A stretch of 64,000 bases of DNA from an uncultured Bacilli bacterium. GTDB lineage: Bacteria; Bacillota_I; Bacilli_A; RF39; UBA660. Shown in pieces: positions 55,674 to 64,000 of the stretch. The notes under the pieces were generated by a model that made no database searches, was not told the DNA's origin, and saw only the letters and a program-made list of their open reading frames with translations. The stretch is from positions 5,785 through 69,784 of the forward strand of contig CAJTZC010000008.1 in NCBI GenBank assembly GCA_910583745.1. The letters run 5' to 3'. Position 1 is the stretch's first letter; the number at the start of each line of letters is the position of its first letter. The position numbers were made by a program, and so were the translations under genes.

Positions 55674-55898
55674 CTAAAAGTGAAAAATAGACCTTTTCGG
55701 TCTAAAATAGTAGTTTTCTATCTTTTTTTTGTTGACAAATTGTCTACCTACTAATTCATCATTGGTCCAGTGTAGACAACTATTCCCATTATAGCCAGAT
55801 GTTTCGGACTGCCAAATTTTACATTCTCTTGACTTTGAACAATTTAGACATTTTTTGATTAATGCATCTTCTAGTATTCTGCGTTCTCCCTCTTTCAT
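55674..55898 (-). CDS. Small Cys-rich protein, stand-alone paralog of the C-terminal domain of 56275..57027
   Basis: ERRILEDALIKKCLNCSKSRECKIWQSETSGYNGNSCLHWTNDELVGRQF aligns with EKERGLIEDMIIKSCDNCTESETCQKRQEQQLESAVCPNWKNEELIGRQF. The C-terminus reads through a terminator-like hairpin. Confidence 0.5.
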   Translation of the reverse strand: MKEGERRILEDALIKKCLNCSKSRECKIWQSETSGYNGNSCLHWTNDELVGRQFVNKKKIENYYFRPKRSIFHF

Positions 55899-56108
55899 TT
55901 ATGGGGATTATTTTATATACTCAAACTGAACTTGTCAATCTTTTTTTGTTTCCACCGCAAACTTGGCATTATAGCCGACTTTGTGCCTGCCACTTTATTG
56001 ACTTAATGGTTTCGGCCTTTTTTTGTTCAAAGAAATTCTGGAATGTCTGTGTGATGAGTCAAAAAAAGTCTTGAAGCTATTGAAGATTCAAGACTTTATT
56101 GACAAAAA

Positions 56109-56185
56109 TGGTGTCCCCGGGGCGATTTGAACGCCCGACACCCGCCTTAGGAGGGCGGTGCTCTATCCAGCTGAGCTACGAGAAC
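56109..56185 (-). tRNA. tRNA-Arg (anticodon CCU), CCA encoded
   Basis: Hand-folded cloverleaf: acceptor GUUCUCG/CGGGGAC (two G-U pairs), D arm GCUC-AGCUGGAUA-GAGC, anticodon arm CCGCC-CUCCUAA-GGCGG, variable loop GUGUC, T arm GGGCG-UUCAAAU-CGCCC, discriminator A, CCA. Confidence 0.9.
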
Positions 56186-56274
56186 CTCTATGTCTTACAT
56201 TATAGCATAAAGAACGATAAAAAAATAGACCTTTTCGGTCTAAAGAAACTTTACTTTTGTTCCAAAAAAATCTT

Positions 56275-57027
56275 TTAAATTCTTCTTTGGTAGATGAACT
56301 GTCTGCCGATTAATTCTTCGTTTTTCCAATTCGGACAGACTGCACTTTCCAGTTGCTGTTCCTGTCTTTTTTGACAAGTTTCGCTCTCTGTACAATTGTC
56401 ACAACTTTTTATTATCATGTCTTCTATTAGTCCGCGTTCCTTTTCAGGTAAAGACGAGGCAAGACGAGTATAAAACTCAGTCGGATTTGTAAGAATTTTA
56501 TCTATCAATTCTCTCAATGTTACTTCGTGCGATGCAGTAATTTCTATATCATCTGCCGTGATGCTCGCTTCTATTTGAGTATATTTTTCTATTGTTTCGC
56601 CGTGTTTGGTCTTGATTTCTTCCATTTGCTTTTCTACGTCTTTTTGAAAAGATATCGTTAAAAAAGATTTCCTTTTTATTTGCTCATTTCTCCTTGTTGC
56701 TTCGCTTTTGGCTGCATCAAAATCGTCGAATACGGCATCGACCAAAATAGAATTGGTGCATTTTCCATATAAACTGAATTCTGGAACAGCAGGTTCAAAG
56801 CTACCGTATACCGTTCTCCTATTGTATAAGAACACGATTTCACTTTCGATTTTAGAAGTGCCATCCGAAGCGTATTTTCTTCTTTCTGCTATCACGTAAC
56901 ATTTACAAACTATGTAGGCAACTACATCGATATCTTTTACCAAGCCGTGAACTCCTGAAGCCCAGCCTACCTGTTCTTCTACTGGCATTATCGCATATTT
57001 TATTGGATAATTTACTTGTTTTCCCAT
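56275..57027 (-). CDS. Hypothetical protein with a C-terminal 4-Cys domain
   Basis: 250 aa. The N-terminal ~120 aa and a central helical region are unrecognised. C-terminal CDNCTESETC...CPNWKNEELIGRQF. Confidence 0.7.
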   Translation of the reverse strand: MGKQVNYPIKYAIMPVEEQVGWASGVHGLVKDIDVVAYIVCKCYVIAERRKYASDGTSKIESEIVFLYNRRTVYGSFEPAVPEFSLYGKCTNSILVDAVFDDFDAAKSEATRRNEQIKRKSFLTISFQKDVEKQMEEIKTKHGETIEKYTQIEASITADDIEITASHEVTLRELIDKILTNPTEFYTRLASSLPEKERGLIEDMIIKSCDNCTESETCQKRQEQQLESAVCPNWKNEELIGRQFIYQRRI

Positions 57028-57093
57028 CTCTATTTCCTCCCTGTATAGGTAAATTATATCATAAAGGAGACATGAAAAAAAGGCCTTTATGAC

Positions 57094-57615
57094 CTAATTG
57101 AAAATCGAATACATGACGAATAGGAAGAATACACCTGTCGTGAATGTGAGATTGTAATTCCACTTCATTCCGACTTCAAAAAAGCTGTAATACTTGTCTG
57201 CCAAGCTCACCATGAAAGACTCTTTTCTCTTCGGCATGTGTTTAGAAGCAGGCCACATGTGGGAGACAATGATGTCTTTTTCTAAATTGGACAAGTAAAA
57301 TATCTCTTCCGCATTTTTCACGGCGTCTTCTGGATGTTCGTTTGTGAAGAGAAAGAGTTTGTCTTTTACCGTCGAGCACTCCTCTATTCTATTGAAATAA
57401 AGGTCGTGCAAAAGCCCTGCTTTCGCAGCACTCTCATAGTTTAAGTTCATCTTTTTGCACCATTTGTATGAACTGTAAGAAACTTTGATGCAATGTTCTA
57501 ATCGATTGGAATTGTGATGTGGAATGTTTTTGAGAGATTGTATCTTCTCTTCGGCTAAATATGGCTTTACAATATCCATATATTCTCTATCTTTAAAGAT
57601 TTCCTTTAGAGTCAT
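57094..57615 (-). CDS. HD-domain phosphohydrolase with a C-terminal membrane anchor
   Basis: HHNSNRLEHCIKV...GLLHDLY (H...HD motif), with a hydrophobic C-terminus. Confidence 0.7.
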   Translation of the reverse strand: MTLKEIFKDREYMDIVKPYLAEEKIQSLKNIPHHNSNRLEHCIKVSYSSYKWCKKMNLNYESAAKAGLLHDLYFNRIEECSTVKDKLFLFTNEHPEDAVKNAEEIFYLSNLEKDIIVSHMWPASKHMPKRKESFMVSLADKYYSFFEVGMKWNYNLTFTTGVFFLFVMYSIFN

Positions 57616-57778
57616 CTTTTTTCACCTCGTGATTATCTAGATTATATCACACATCGATAAAATTTGCAAAATTTTTGTTTTTGAATGTCAATCGAGTGTA
57701 AAACTTCATATAACATTATATTCAATTTGTAGTAAATTAGTCTCCACGTTCGACATATAATTTATTAGGTGAAAGTAT

Positions 57779-58057
57779 ATGAATTTTGGGTTAGGTGCCG
57801 GCACCTCAGGGCTCTCGTTGATGAGGATACTCGGCAGTTTATCGAAAACCGTCGGCATCGTACGTCAATTTGCTCCTATATATAAGGAAGTGAAACCATT
57901 ATTGTCCAAAGCGCCCGCGTTTTTTCAAAAGCTCAATTCGATAAGGAATACGACTTCAACGATGAGGGATACAGGCAGAGAGCTGGCTATGTCTTTTGGA
58001 AATCCCGTTCCTACGGAGAATACGACTTCTAGCAATGGGCCCGTTTTCTTTCAATAA
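57779..58057 (+). CDS. Small protein, possibly YqfQ/VrrA-like
   Basis: 92 aa. TVGIVRQFAPIYKEVKPLLSKAPAFFQKL resembles the conserved core of B. subtilis YqfQ from memory. Weak assignment. Confidence 0.4.
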   Translation: MNFGLGAGTSGLSLMRILGSLSKTVGIVRQFAPIYKEVKPLLSKAPAFFQKLNSIRNTTSTMRDTGRELAMSFGNPVPTENTTSSNGPVFFQ

Positions 58058-58200
58058 GTCCTAAAATCCTATGAAAAGTGCATTTGGAAGAATTCTGGTA
58101 TACTTCCCTATCTTTTTCTGCTATATTTTAATTGTTTAAACAAAATAGTAGTCTGTGAATTCACAAAAAAGTAAGAAAAGGAAGGAAGATTTAAAGATTT

Positions 58201-58413
58201 ATGGAAAGTACAATTAAGTGGTTTAACAATGAGAAAGGTTACGGTTTTATAGATAACGGGGATGCCGAAGATATCTTCGTTCACTATACAGAAATAAACA
58301 TGGACGGTTATAAGACATTGAAGGAAGGAGAACGTGTCAGATTCGATTTGGTTCACACTCCTAAGGGGCTCCAAGCTCACAATGTCACGGAAGTCTCATC
58401 TGTCAATTGTTAA
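58201..58413 (+). CDS. csp: Cold-shock protein (CspA family)
   Basis: IKWFNNEKGYGFI (RNP1) and DIFVHYT (RNP2). 70 aa. Confidence 0.93.
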   Translation: MESTIKWFNNEKGYGFIDNGDAEDIFVHYTEINMDGYKTLKEGERVRFDLVHTPKGLQAHNVTEVSSVNC

Positions 58414-58418
58414 ATAGG

Positions 58419-58449
58419 AAAAGCACCGAACGAGAAGTTCGGTGCTTTT
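58419..58449. terminator. Bidirectional rho-independent terminator
   Basis: AAAA-GCACCGAAC-gagaa-GTTCGGTGC-TTTT between the convergent csp and ABC exporter genes. Confidence 0.85.
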
Positions 58450-58452
58450 GGT

Positions 58453-60204
58453 TTATTCTTCGCTTTCTGAATTGTAAAGTGTCTTATAAACTTTGTCTGT
58501 TTTTAGCAATTCTTTATGTGTGCCTTTGCCCGAGAGCCTTCCTTTATCTATGATGTTTATCACATCAGCATCGATAATCGTCGAGAGCCTATGTGCTACG
58601 ATGACAATCGTATGTGTTGCAACCAAATCATCGATGGTCTTTTTTATGTACATCTGCGATTCGTTGTCGAGAGCACTCGTCGCTTCATCGAACAGGATGA
58701 TTTTTGTATCGAGGAGCAGTGTCCTTGCGATGGCTAATCTCTGTTTTTGACCACCTGACAAGTTCACGCCTCCTTCGCCTATAATCGTATCGTATTTGTT
58801 CGGCAAACTCATGATGTATTCGTCGATGTAAGCTTTTTTACAAACGTCTCGGATTTCTTCTAAAATGATGTCTTCTTTTACCATCTTAAAGTTATCGAAT
58901 ATCGACATGTTGAATAGAAAAGGTGTCTGTCGTATAATCGAAATCGTATTGCGAAGAGACGTTTCTGTCAATTCTCGTATATCGACTCCGTCTATGAGCA
59001 CTTTCCCGTCTGTCGCATCGAAATATCGCAATAGGAGATTGAAAATCGTCGATTTCCCGTTTCCACTTCGGCCTACGATAGCTATTTTTTTATGTGGTTC
59101 GATTTTGAGCGAAAGTTCGTTCAACGTATTTTCTTCGTCGTCAGTATATTTGAAAGATACGCGATCGAACTCAATTGTCCCCTTAACCTCTTTCAATGTC
59201 ACATTTCCATACTGTTCGCTTTGGTATAGCCTGTTATTGAGTATTTCATCTATCCTCTTTAGGGAGACCGATACTTTATTAAAGCTGACTCCGAAGTCGC
59301 TTATCGATTCGACGACATCATCGATTCTCCAGATATACGACTCTATCATGATGAACATGGCATACGATAACTGTCCTTTTAGGAGGAGAATCCCTCCCGT
59401 CCCGAGAATGATGAACTGCAATATGAAATAGGTGAGATTGTTGAGACTATAATAGGTTATCTCATCATTTCTAATTTTCATCGAATTTTTATATAATTCG
59501 TCTAAATTGTTCGATATATTTTTTTCTATCTGCTTCTTGATACCCAAGGATTTTATTTCGCGAATTCCCGAGATGTTCTCTGTCGCCTGTTTTACGTATT
59601 TGTCCGATTCTTCTTTTACTTTTTCTTGGCTCTTTTTTATTTTAGGAAAAAATTTCATAGAGATACAGCCCATGATTAGACCGAATATGAGGATTTCTAA
59701 GCCCAATATCCAAGAGATTTTTAAGCAAGCGATGAATACAAATACGATGACACATGCTTTTATTGTCATTCTAATCAGTTTGGACAAGAGTTCTATTATT
59801 CTGTCTGGGTCACTGGAGAGCCGATTGATGAATTCCCCTACACCGATTTCTTCGAACGCTCTTGCAGGCAAGTCGTCTATTTTTTTGTACATATCTTTGC
59901 TGACTTTTTTAATGAACTTGACCTCGAGTATGTTGTGTAGTTTGTCGTGTGGAACCATGCAAACGGTATAAAATAAGATATAGACACCTGTATAAATAAT
60001 GAGCATCGTAAAGAAAGTCTTGGCATCCGCCGCGATGAGACTCTCGAGGGCCTTTCCCCACAGCCATGGTCCTAATACGTTCGGCATAATCATTGCAATG
60101 GTTAGAAAAACGTATATAAAGAGTTTTATCTTATCCTCTTTTAAGTATTGCCATATCAGCTGAAAGCTCTTCCACTTCGATTCTTTTTTCTCCATTTTTT
60201 TCAT
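58453..60204 (-). CDS. ABC exporter, fused permease-ATPase (MsbA/multidrug type)
   Basis: Six N-terminal TM helices, Walker A GRSGNGKST, signature LSGGQKQRLAIARTL, Walker B ILFDEATSALD. ATG 60204 has RBS GAGAGGAA (the track start is GTG 60228). Confidence 0.9.
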   Translation of the reverse strand: MKKMEKKESKWKSFQLIWQYLKEDKIKLFIYVFLTIAMIMPNVLGPWLWGKALESLIAADAKTFFTMLIIYTGVYILFYTVCMVPHDKLHNILEVKFIKKVSKDMYKKIDDLPARAFEEIGVGEFINRLSSDPDRIIELLSKLIRMTIKACVIVFVFIACLKISWILGLEILIFGLIMGCISMKFFPKIKKSQEKVKEESDKYVKQATENISGIREIKSLGIKKQIEKNISNNLDELYKNSMKIRNDEITYYSLNNLTYFILQFIILGTGGILLLKGQLSYAMFIMIESYIWRIDDVVESISDFGVSFNKVSVSLKRIDEILNNRLYQSEQYGNVTLKEVKGTIEFDRVSFKYTDDEENTLNELSLKIEPHKKIAIVGRSGNGKSTIFNLLLRYFDATDGKVLIDGVDIRELTETSLRNTISIIRQTPFLFNMSIFDNFKMVKEDIILEEIRDVCKKAYIDEYIMSLPNKYDTIIGEGGVNLSGGQKQRLAIARTLLLDTKIILFDEATSALDNESQMYIKKTIDDLVATHTIVIVAHRLSTIIDADVINIIDKGRLSGKGTHKELLKTDKVYKTLYNSESEE

Positions 60205-60340
60205 CGTATCATTCCTCTCTTTCACCAAAAAACTGTTTTTTTCAGCAGATGTGTTTCGAATACTTAAGAGTTTAACATTCCGTCAAATTTTTGTCAAACA
60301 AAAATAAAAAGAGCAACTTTTTTCGCGCTCTTCTTTATCT

Positions 60341-61693
60341 CTATAAGTTGTCGTAGATTCTTTTTCTCATGTATTTCAATCCAAGGCCAGATACTAGAGC
60401 AATTCCACCTAAAGGTAAAATGTAATCTTCGATTCCCGTTTGAGGGTTATCTGGCACTGGAGGTAACACTGGATCAGGATTTTTCTTCCAAATCGCATAG
60501 AGAGTTAAGTCTTTTCTGTCTTCATAGAGGTCGTTTGCTTTGTAGTCTGGAGTCGTCGCATCTTGTGTCAATCCCCAACCTACAAATGAGTAACCATTTC
60601 TTACTGGAACATTTTTCGCAATGTAAGCATCTCTGTCGTTTGGAATATCGAGTGAGTCTGCTGGCATTCCGACTACTGTATCTGTAGTGTTTTCCTTATA
60701 GTAAATGTTGTAGTACTCGATGGAAGGTTCAACAGGCGTTTCCTTCTTCTTCCAAATCGCATACAAATCGAGGTCTCCCTTTGTACCGCAATATCTGTCG
60801 TTCTTATACCAATCTGGTCTCGTCGCCTTTGAAGACTCTGACCAGCCTAAGAATTCGTAACCTTCTCTTTTAGGTTCTCTACTAGAAACGTAAAGACATT
60901 CTCCTTCAAGAGCACGTTCGTCTCTAGGCATGTTCGTAACATTTGAACCATTCTCATAGTAATTGATTCTGTATTCTCTTTTCTCTGGTTCTTCATCAGC
61001 TTGTTTTGTTTTACAGTATTGTACGTAGTAAACGGCTGGATGAACATACCAATTGTGGTTTCCTGCTCTAAATGGCGTTCCTGTCAAATATCCGTAGTAG
61101 CTTCTTTCAATTTTAACTACAAATGGATTCAATACATCCGGATGAATTTGTGTTTCTCTCGTGAAAGTAGAATTTGCATCAACTGTCGCATTCTTCAATT
61201 GATTTACACTTAGATTTGCAATGCTCAATATTCCTGACTCAGGTTTTGCTGTTCCATCAGCATTAATGCTATACCAATCGTGTGCAACGATGTAGTTTTT
61301 AGAACCTTCTGAATAAGAACCTCCGCTTATTTTTGAAGCTTTCAATGCGACATTGTAAAAGTCTGTCAATGACATAGAAGTAATTCCATCTTTTGAAGTA
61401 GAAGTCGTTCTATTTACTTGAACTTGACCATATCCAACATTGTAATAATCGAAGTCGTTTATTTGATATGAATTGTTCATATATCTTGCTACTGTGTCGT
61501 GTGTAATCTTAGATAACTCGCTCTTATTGAAAAAGCTCTCTGTATTTGCATCTAAGAAGAAATAGTAGTTCGTATATACAGTCTCACATGCGTTTGCATT
61601 AATTTTTTGTGAAGCTGTTGCAGCCTCCACTGTTCCCAATCCAATAGTTAAAGCCAAAGCTCCAACTGCTAGTGTCTTTAAATAATTTTTCAT
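60341..61693 (-). CDS. Cell-surface protein with two Listeria-Bacteroides-type (Flg_new-like) repeats and an NPQTG sorting signal
   Basis: Signal peptide. Repeats ...REGYEFLGWSES...DLDLYAIWKK and ...RNGYSFVGWGLT...DLTLYAIWKK. C-terminal NPQTG, then a hydrophobic helix, then KYMRKR. Confidence 0.8.
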   Translation of the reverse strand: MKNYLKTLAVGALALTIGLGTVEAATASQKINANACETVYTNYYFFLDANTESFFNKSELSKITHDTVARYMNNSYQINDFDYYNVGYGQVQVNRTTSTSKDGITSMSLTDFYNVALKASKISGGSYSEGSKNYIVAHDWYSINADGTAKPESGILSIANLSVNQLKNATVDANSTFTRETQIHPDVLNPFVVKIERSYYGYLTGTPFRAGNHNWYVHPAVYYVQYCKTKQADEEPEKREYRINYYENGSNVTNMPRDERALEGECLYVSSREPKREGYEFLGWSESSKATRPDWYKNDRYCGTKGDLDLYAIWKKKETPVEPSIEYYNIYYKENTTDTVVGMPADSLDIPNDRDAYIAKNVPVRNGYSFVGWGLTQDATTPDYKANDLYEDRKDLTLYAIWKKNPDPVLPPVPDNPQTGIEDYILPLGGIALVSGLGLKYMRKRIYDNL

Positions 61694-61770
61694 TTAACCA
61701 CCCTAATAAAAATTCCTTTCCCTTTTTCAAGTTGATATTCTATACCAAAAACAAAAAAAAAGCAATACCT

Positions 61771-61812
61771 AAATATCACTTTTTTCTAAAAATATCACTT
61801 TTTTCTAAAAAT
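61771..61812. repeat. 19-bp tandem repeat (aaatatcacttttttctaa) x2.2 between the two surface protein genes
   Basis: Copies at 61771-61789 and 61790-61808 are identical, followed by a partial copy. Confidence 0.85.
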
Positions 61813-61814
61813 TG

Positions 61815-63194
61815 CTATATTTGCTTAAATAAGTCTTTTCTTTGTGCTACAACTAGGGCAGCTCCTGCAGCAATGGCTACGATACTGAATGCGATGAAAT
61901 GTGCACTTATTCCAGTTTGTACTTGCCATACGGCATACAAAGTAATATTTCCGTCTGCTCCGCAATACTCAGCTCCTGCTGCGTAGGCTGGGTCTGGTTC
62001 TTTTGCATCTTTGAAGCGACTCCATCCTAAGAAGTTGTTCTTCGTCAATGTAGGCTTTCCAGAAGAAATATTTAGACATGAACCGTTTTGTGCTGTCTGA
62101 GGAGATGGAGCATCTTTTCCGCCGTTTGCATCGTATGTAACAGTGTACGTTCCATCGTTGTTGGTCTCTACACGTTTCCATATAGCATATAACGTGATGT
62201 TATCGTTCTTTTCACAATATTCGGTTCCAGGATTATATTTAGGGTCTCCTTCGCTATCCGTTTTGTTTTTACTCCAACCCATGAATTGCCATCCAGCTCT
62301 TTTAGGAGTACTTGTACTTATATTCGTACACTCTGCTTTAAATGGCCAAGGGTTAGGAGTTGGCATATCCGTGACTTCATCTGAAGTGTTCTTGTCGTAT
62401 GTAATTTTTTTGTCTTGCTCTGGTGCTTCTCCACTCGACTTACAATATTTAACGTAGTATGCTGCTGGTGACCAAACTTTTTTAGAAGTTCCCGTACCGA
62501 TTGCAATTCCCTCTAATAAATCCTCTGATTTTATCTTTCTCGTTACATTCCATCTCAACGTACTGCTCGTCGTCGTTCCTCCGATGTCGTTTGGAACAGT
62601 GATAAATGTCTCAGGAAGACTCGTCGCTCTCGTCGCTAAAGGCGAAGAACCGATACTCGAAATGTTTGCTTTTAAGTATTCAATCAACGCCTTTGTAGAT
62701 TCTGCTGTTATATGGTCTCTCGCCGTACAATCTGTAAAGTTTCCATCGGCACATTTCCACCATTCTTTATGAAAATAGAACGATTGTTTCTCTTCTGGGA
62801 ATTCTCCAACATATCCTTCTTTCATGTTGTCGTATCCCTTATAGAAGTTTTGCCAGAATTCTGCTACTGACCAAACAATTGGTGACTCGGATTTCGTATT
62901 GCTCTTAGATCCATCCGTAATTTTTACGTAGTTTTTATCGAGAACAGTTACATTTGCTATATCGTTTGTCTTATCGGCACCATTGTATAGAGTGAAAATG
63001 GTTCCCTGTGGAGATTGGTTGACTCCATTCGATAAGAAATCTGCTGTATCTTCGTTTAAGAACATATAATAGTTCGTATACTCTACTTCACCTGGCTCGC
63101 ATGTCTTTTGAGCAGCAGCATTTACTGTCAATACATTCAGTCCAATCGCCGATGCGAGGGCAATTGCACTCAATCCTTTAAATATTTTTTTCAT
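61815..63194 (-). CDS. Cell-surface protein, paralog of 60341..61693, with a VQTG sorting signal
   Basis: The N-terminal region is homologous to its neighbour (EVEYTNYYMFLNEDTADF versus ETVYTNYYFFLDANTESF). Two Flg_new-like repeats (...AGWQFMGWSKN...ITLYAIWKR and ...NNFLGWSRF...ITLYAVW). QVQTG, then a TM helix, then QRKD. Confidence 0.8.
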   Translation of the reverse strand: MKKIFKGLSAIALASAIGLNVLTVNAAAQKTCEPGEVEYTNYYMFLNEDTADFLSNGVNQSPQGTIFTLYNGADKTNDIANVTVLDKNYVKITDGSKSNTKSESPIVWSVAEFWQNFYKGYDNMKEGYVGEFPEEKQSFYFHKEWWKCADGNFTDCTARDHITAESTKALIEYLKANISSIGSSPLATRATSLPETFITVPNDIGGTTTSSTLRWNVTRKIKSEDLLEGIAIGTGTSKKVWSPAAYYVKYCKSSGEAPEQDKKITYDKNTSDEVTDMPTPNPWPFKAECTNISTSTPKRAGWQFMGWSKNKTDSEGDPKYNPGTEYCEKNDNITLYAIWKRVETNNDGTYTVTYDANGGKDAPSPQTAQNGSCLNISSGKPTLTKNNFLGWSRFKDAKEPDPAYAAGAEYCGADGNITLYAVWQVQTGISAHFIAFSIVAIAAGAALVVAQRKDLFKQI

Positions 63195-63377
63195 AATACT
63201 TTCCTCTTTCTTTTTTATTATTAGACTCTTTAAGCAAAATATACGCAGTTTTCATATATCACTCCCTATGATTAACATAAATATAACACTATTCGACAAA
63301 AAAATATAGTATTTTTTTCAATATTTACACAAAAACTTGTTATTTTATGATAATATAATACTGGACGTGATGACGAC

Positions 63378-64000
63378 ATGAAAAAAATTCAATTTTTAAT
63401 CAATGACAATACTCTAAGCATCGGGTATAAAATCGAGAATAATGTCTTTAGAAATTTGAACAATACGAACATTATCTCAAAAGATGACTTGGTATTCGAT
63501 ATCAAATATTTTAAAAATAATCTAAAGTTGGTCGCAGGTTTTTTGAATGTCATGGTCAAAAATGACAATATCACTCGTGCGGTCATCGAACAAGAAGAAT
63601 TGATCGTTATTTCTCTCGATTTACTGAATTATCTTCCTAGCATTACGGATTTGGTCATCAAACCAGATGTCGGTATCGACTATGAAATGCATTTGGCTAT
63701 ATTGAAAAATGACACGCTTCGCTCTATCAATCTCTACTCGATTCCTACCTATCTTTTAGAGCGCATCGATACGACGAAAAATATCAAAATTGAGACGCGC
63801 GTCGAAGTCTTCTACATCAGCAATTTTTTACGCGTGAATAAATTGACGAGTTATTCCGATGTGTTTTATAAAAGAAAAATCGTCATCGATTATGAATTTA
63901 AAGATATCGATTATAAAGATTTTGACCAATTTTTATCAATCAATAATTATCTTAAGACGATTTATTTCGAGTACATCGATATGGATTTCATCAAAAGTGT
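63378..64000 (+). CDS. Hypothetical protein (N-terminal 207 codons; continues beyond the window end)
   Basis: Hand translation from ATG 63378: MKKIQFLINDNTLSIGYKIENNVFRNLNNTNIISKDDLVFDIKYFKNNLKL...LVIKPDVGIDYEMHLAILKNDTLRSINLYSIP.... The frame stays open to the window end. Absent from the ORF track because there is no stop. Confidence 0.6.
   Translation, partial: MKKIQFLINDNTLSIGYKIENNVFRNLNNTNIISKDDLVFDIKYFKNNLKLVAGFLNVMVKNDNITRAVIEQEELIVISLDLLNYLPSITDLVIKPDVGIDYEMHLAILKNDTLRSINLYSIPTYLLERIDTTKNIKIETRVEVFYISNFLRVNKLTSYSDVFYKRKIVIDYEFKDIDYKDFDQFLSINNYLKTIYFEYIDMDFIKS

Noticed and set aside
55683-56244. Identical 24-nt direct repeats flanking tRNA-Arg, read as att sites of an integrated mobile element.
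   Set aside because: The enclosed segment is only ~540 bp with no integrase or other mobility gene. The repeat is a terminator-type hairpin, not a tRNA 3-prime end duplication. It is kept as a duplication finding, not a mobile-element call.

Overview
AT-rich Firmicutes-type chromosomal segment. It is probably from a spore-forming, cell-walled lineage (Erysipelotrichia/Bacilli-like), judged from a dacB-spmA-spmB operon, a CotY/CotZ-like protein and a sigmaK-like promoter. It uses the standard genetic code, and almost all genes lie on the minus strand. The housekeeping backbone is PMM/PGM, glyQS, RNase J, an SsbB-like SSB, frr, valS behind a T-box leader, recD2, mtaB, nfo, PFOR, rnc, smc, tcdA, csp and one tRNA-Arg(CCU). 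Between these sit accessory elements. (1) Two translationally coupled genes (1273 aa and 432 aa) are built from five copies of a ~280-aa helical module with no family I can name. (2) A family of secreted proteins has SipW/TasA-like N-terminal modules and swapped C-termini: two intact paralogs, one BspA-type LRR protein and one decayed copy. The LRR gene and the decayed copy share a promoter and an SD-occluding leader hairpin; the LRR gene leader also carries an 18-bp tandem repeat. (3) Type IV pilus/competence-like parts are scattered: a pilin, an unannotated 33-codon mini-pilin ORF, and a prepilin peptidase plus platform protein, with no ATPase in the window. (4) A decayed ToxN/AbiQ-like locus keeps the promoter-RNA-terminator-toxin layout of type III toxin-antitoxin systems. 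(5) A ~165-nt structured RNA resembles 6S RNA. (6) A palindrome-rich ~100-nt repeat occurs twice, in inverted orientation. (7) Two paralogous surface proteins carry xxQTG sorting signals. All calls come from reading the sequence and translations by hand. No database search or folding program was run, so family names are recognition-level assignments.
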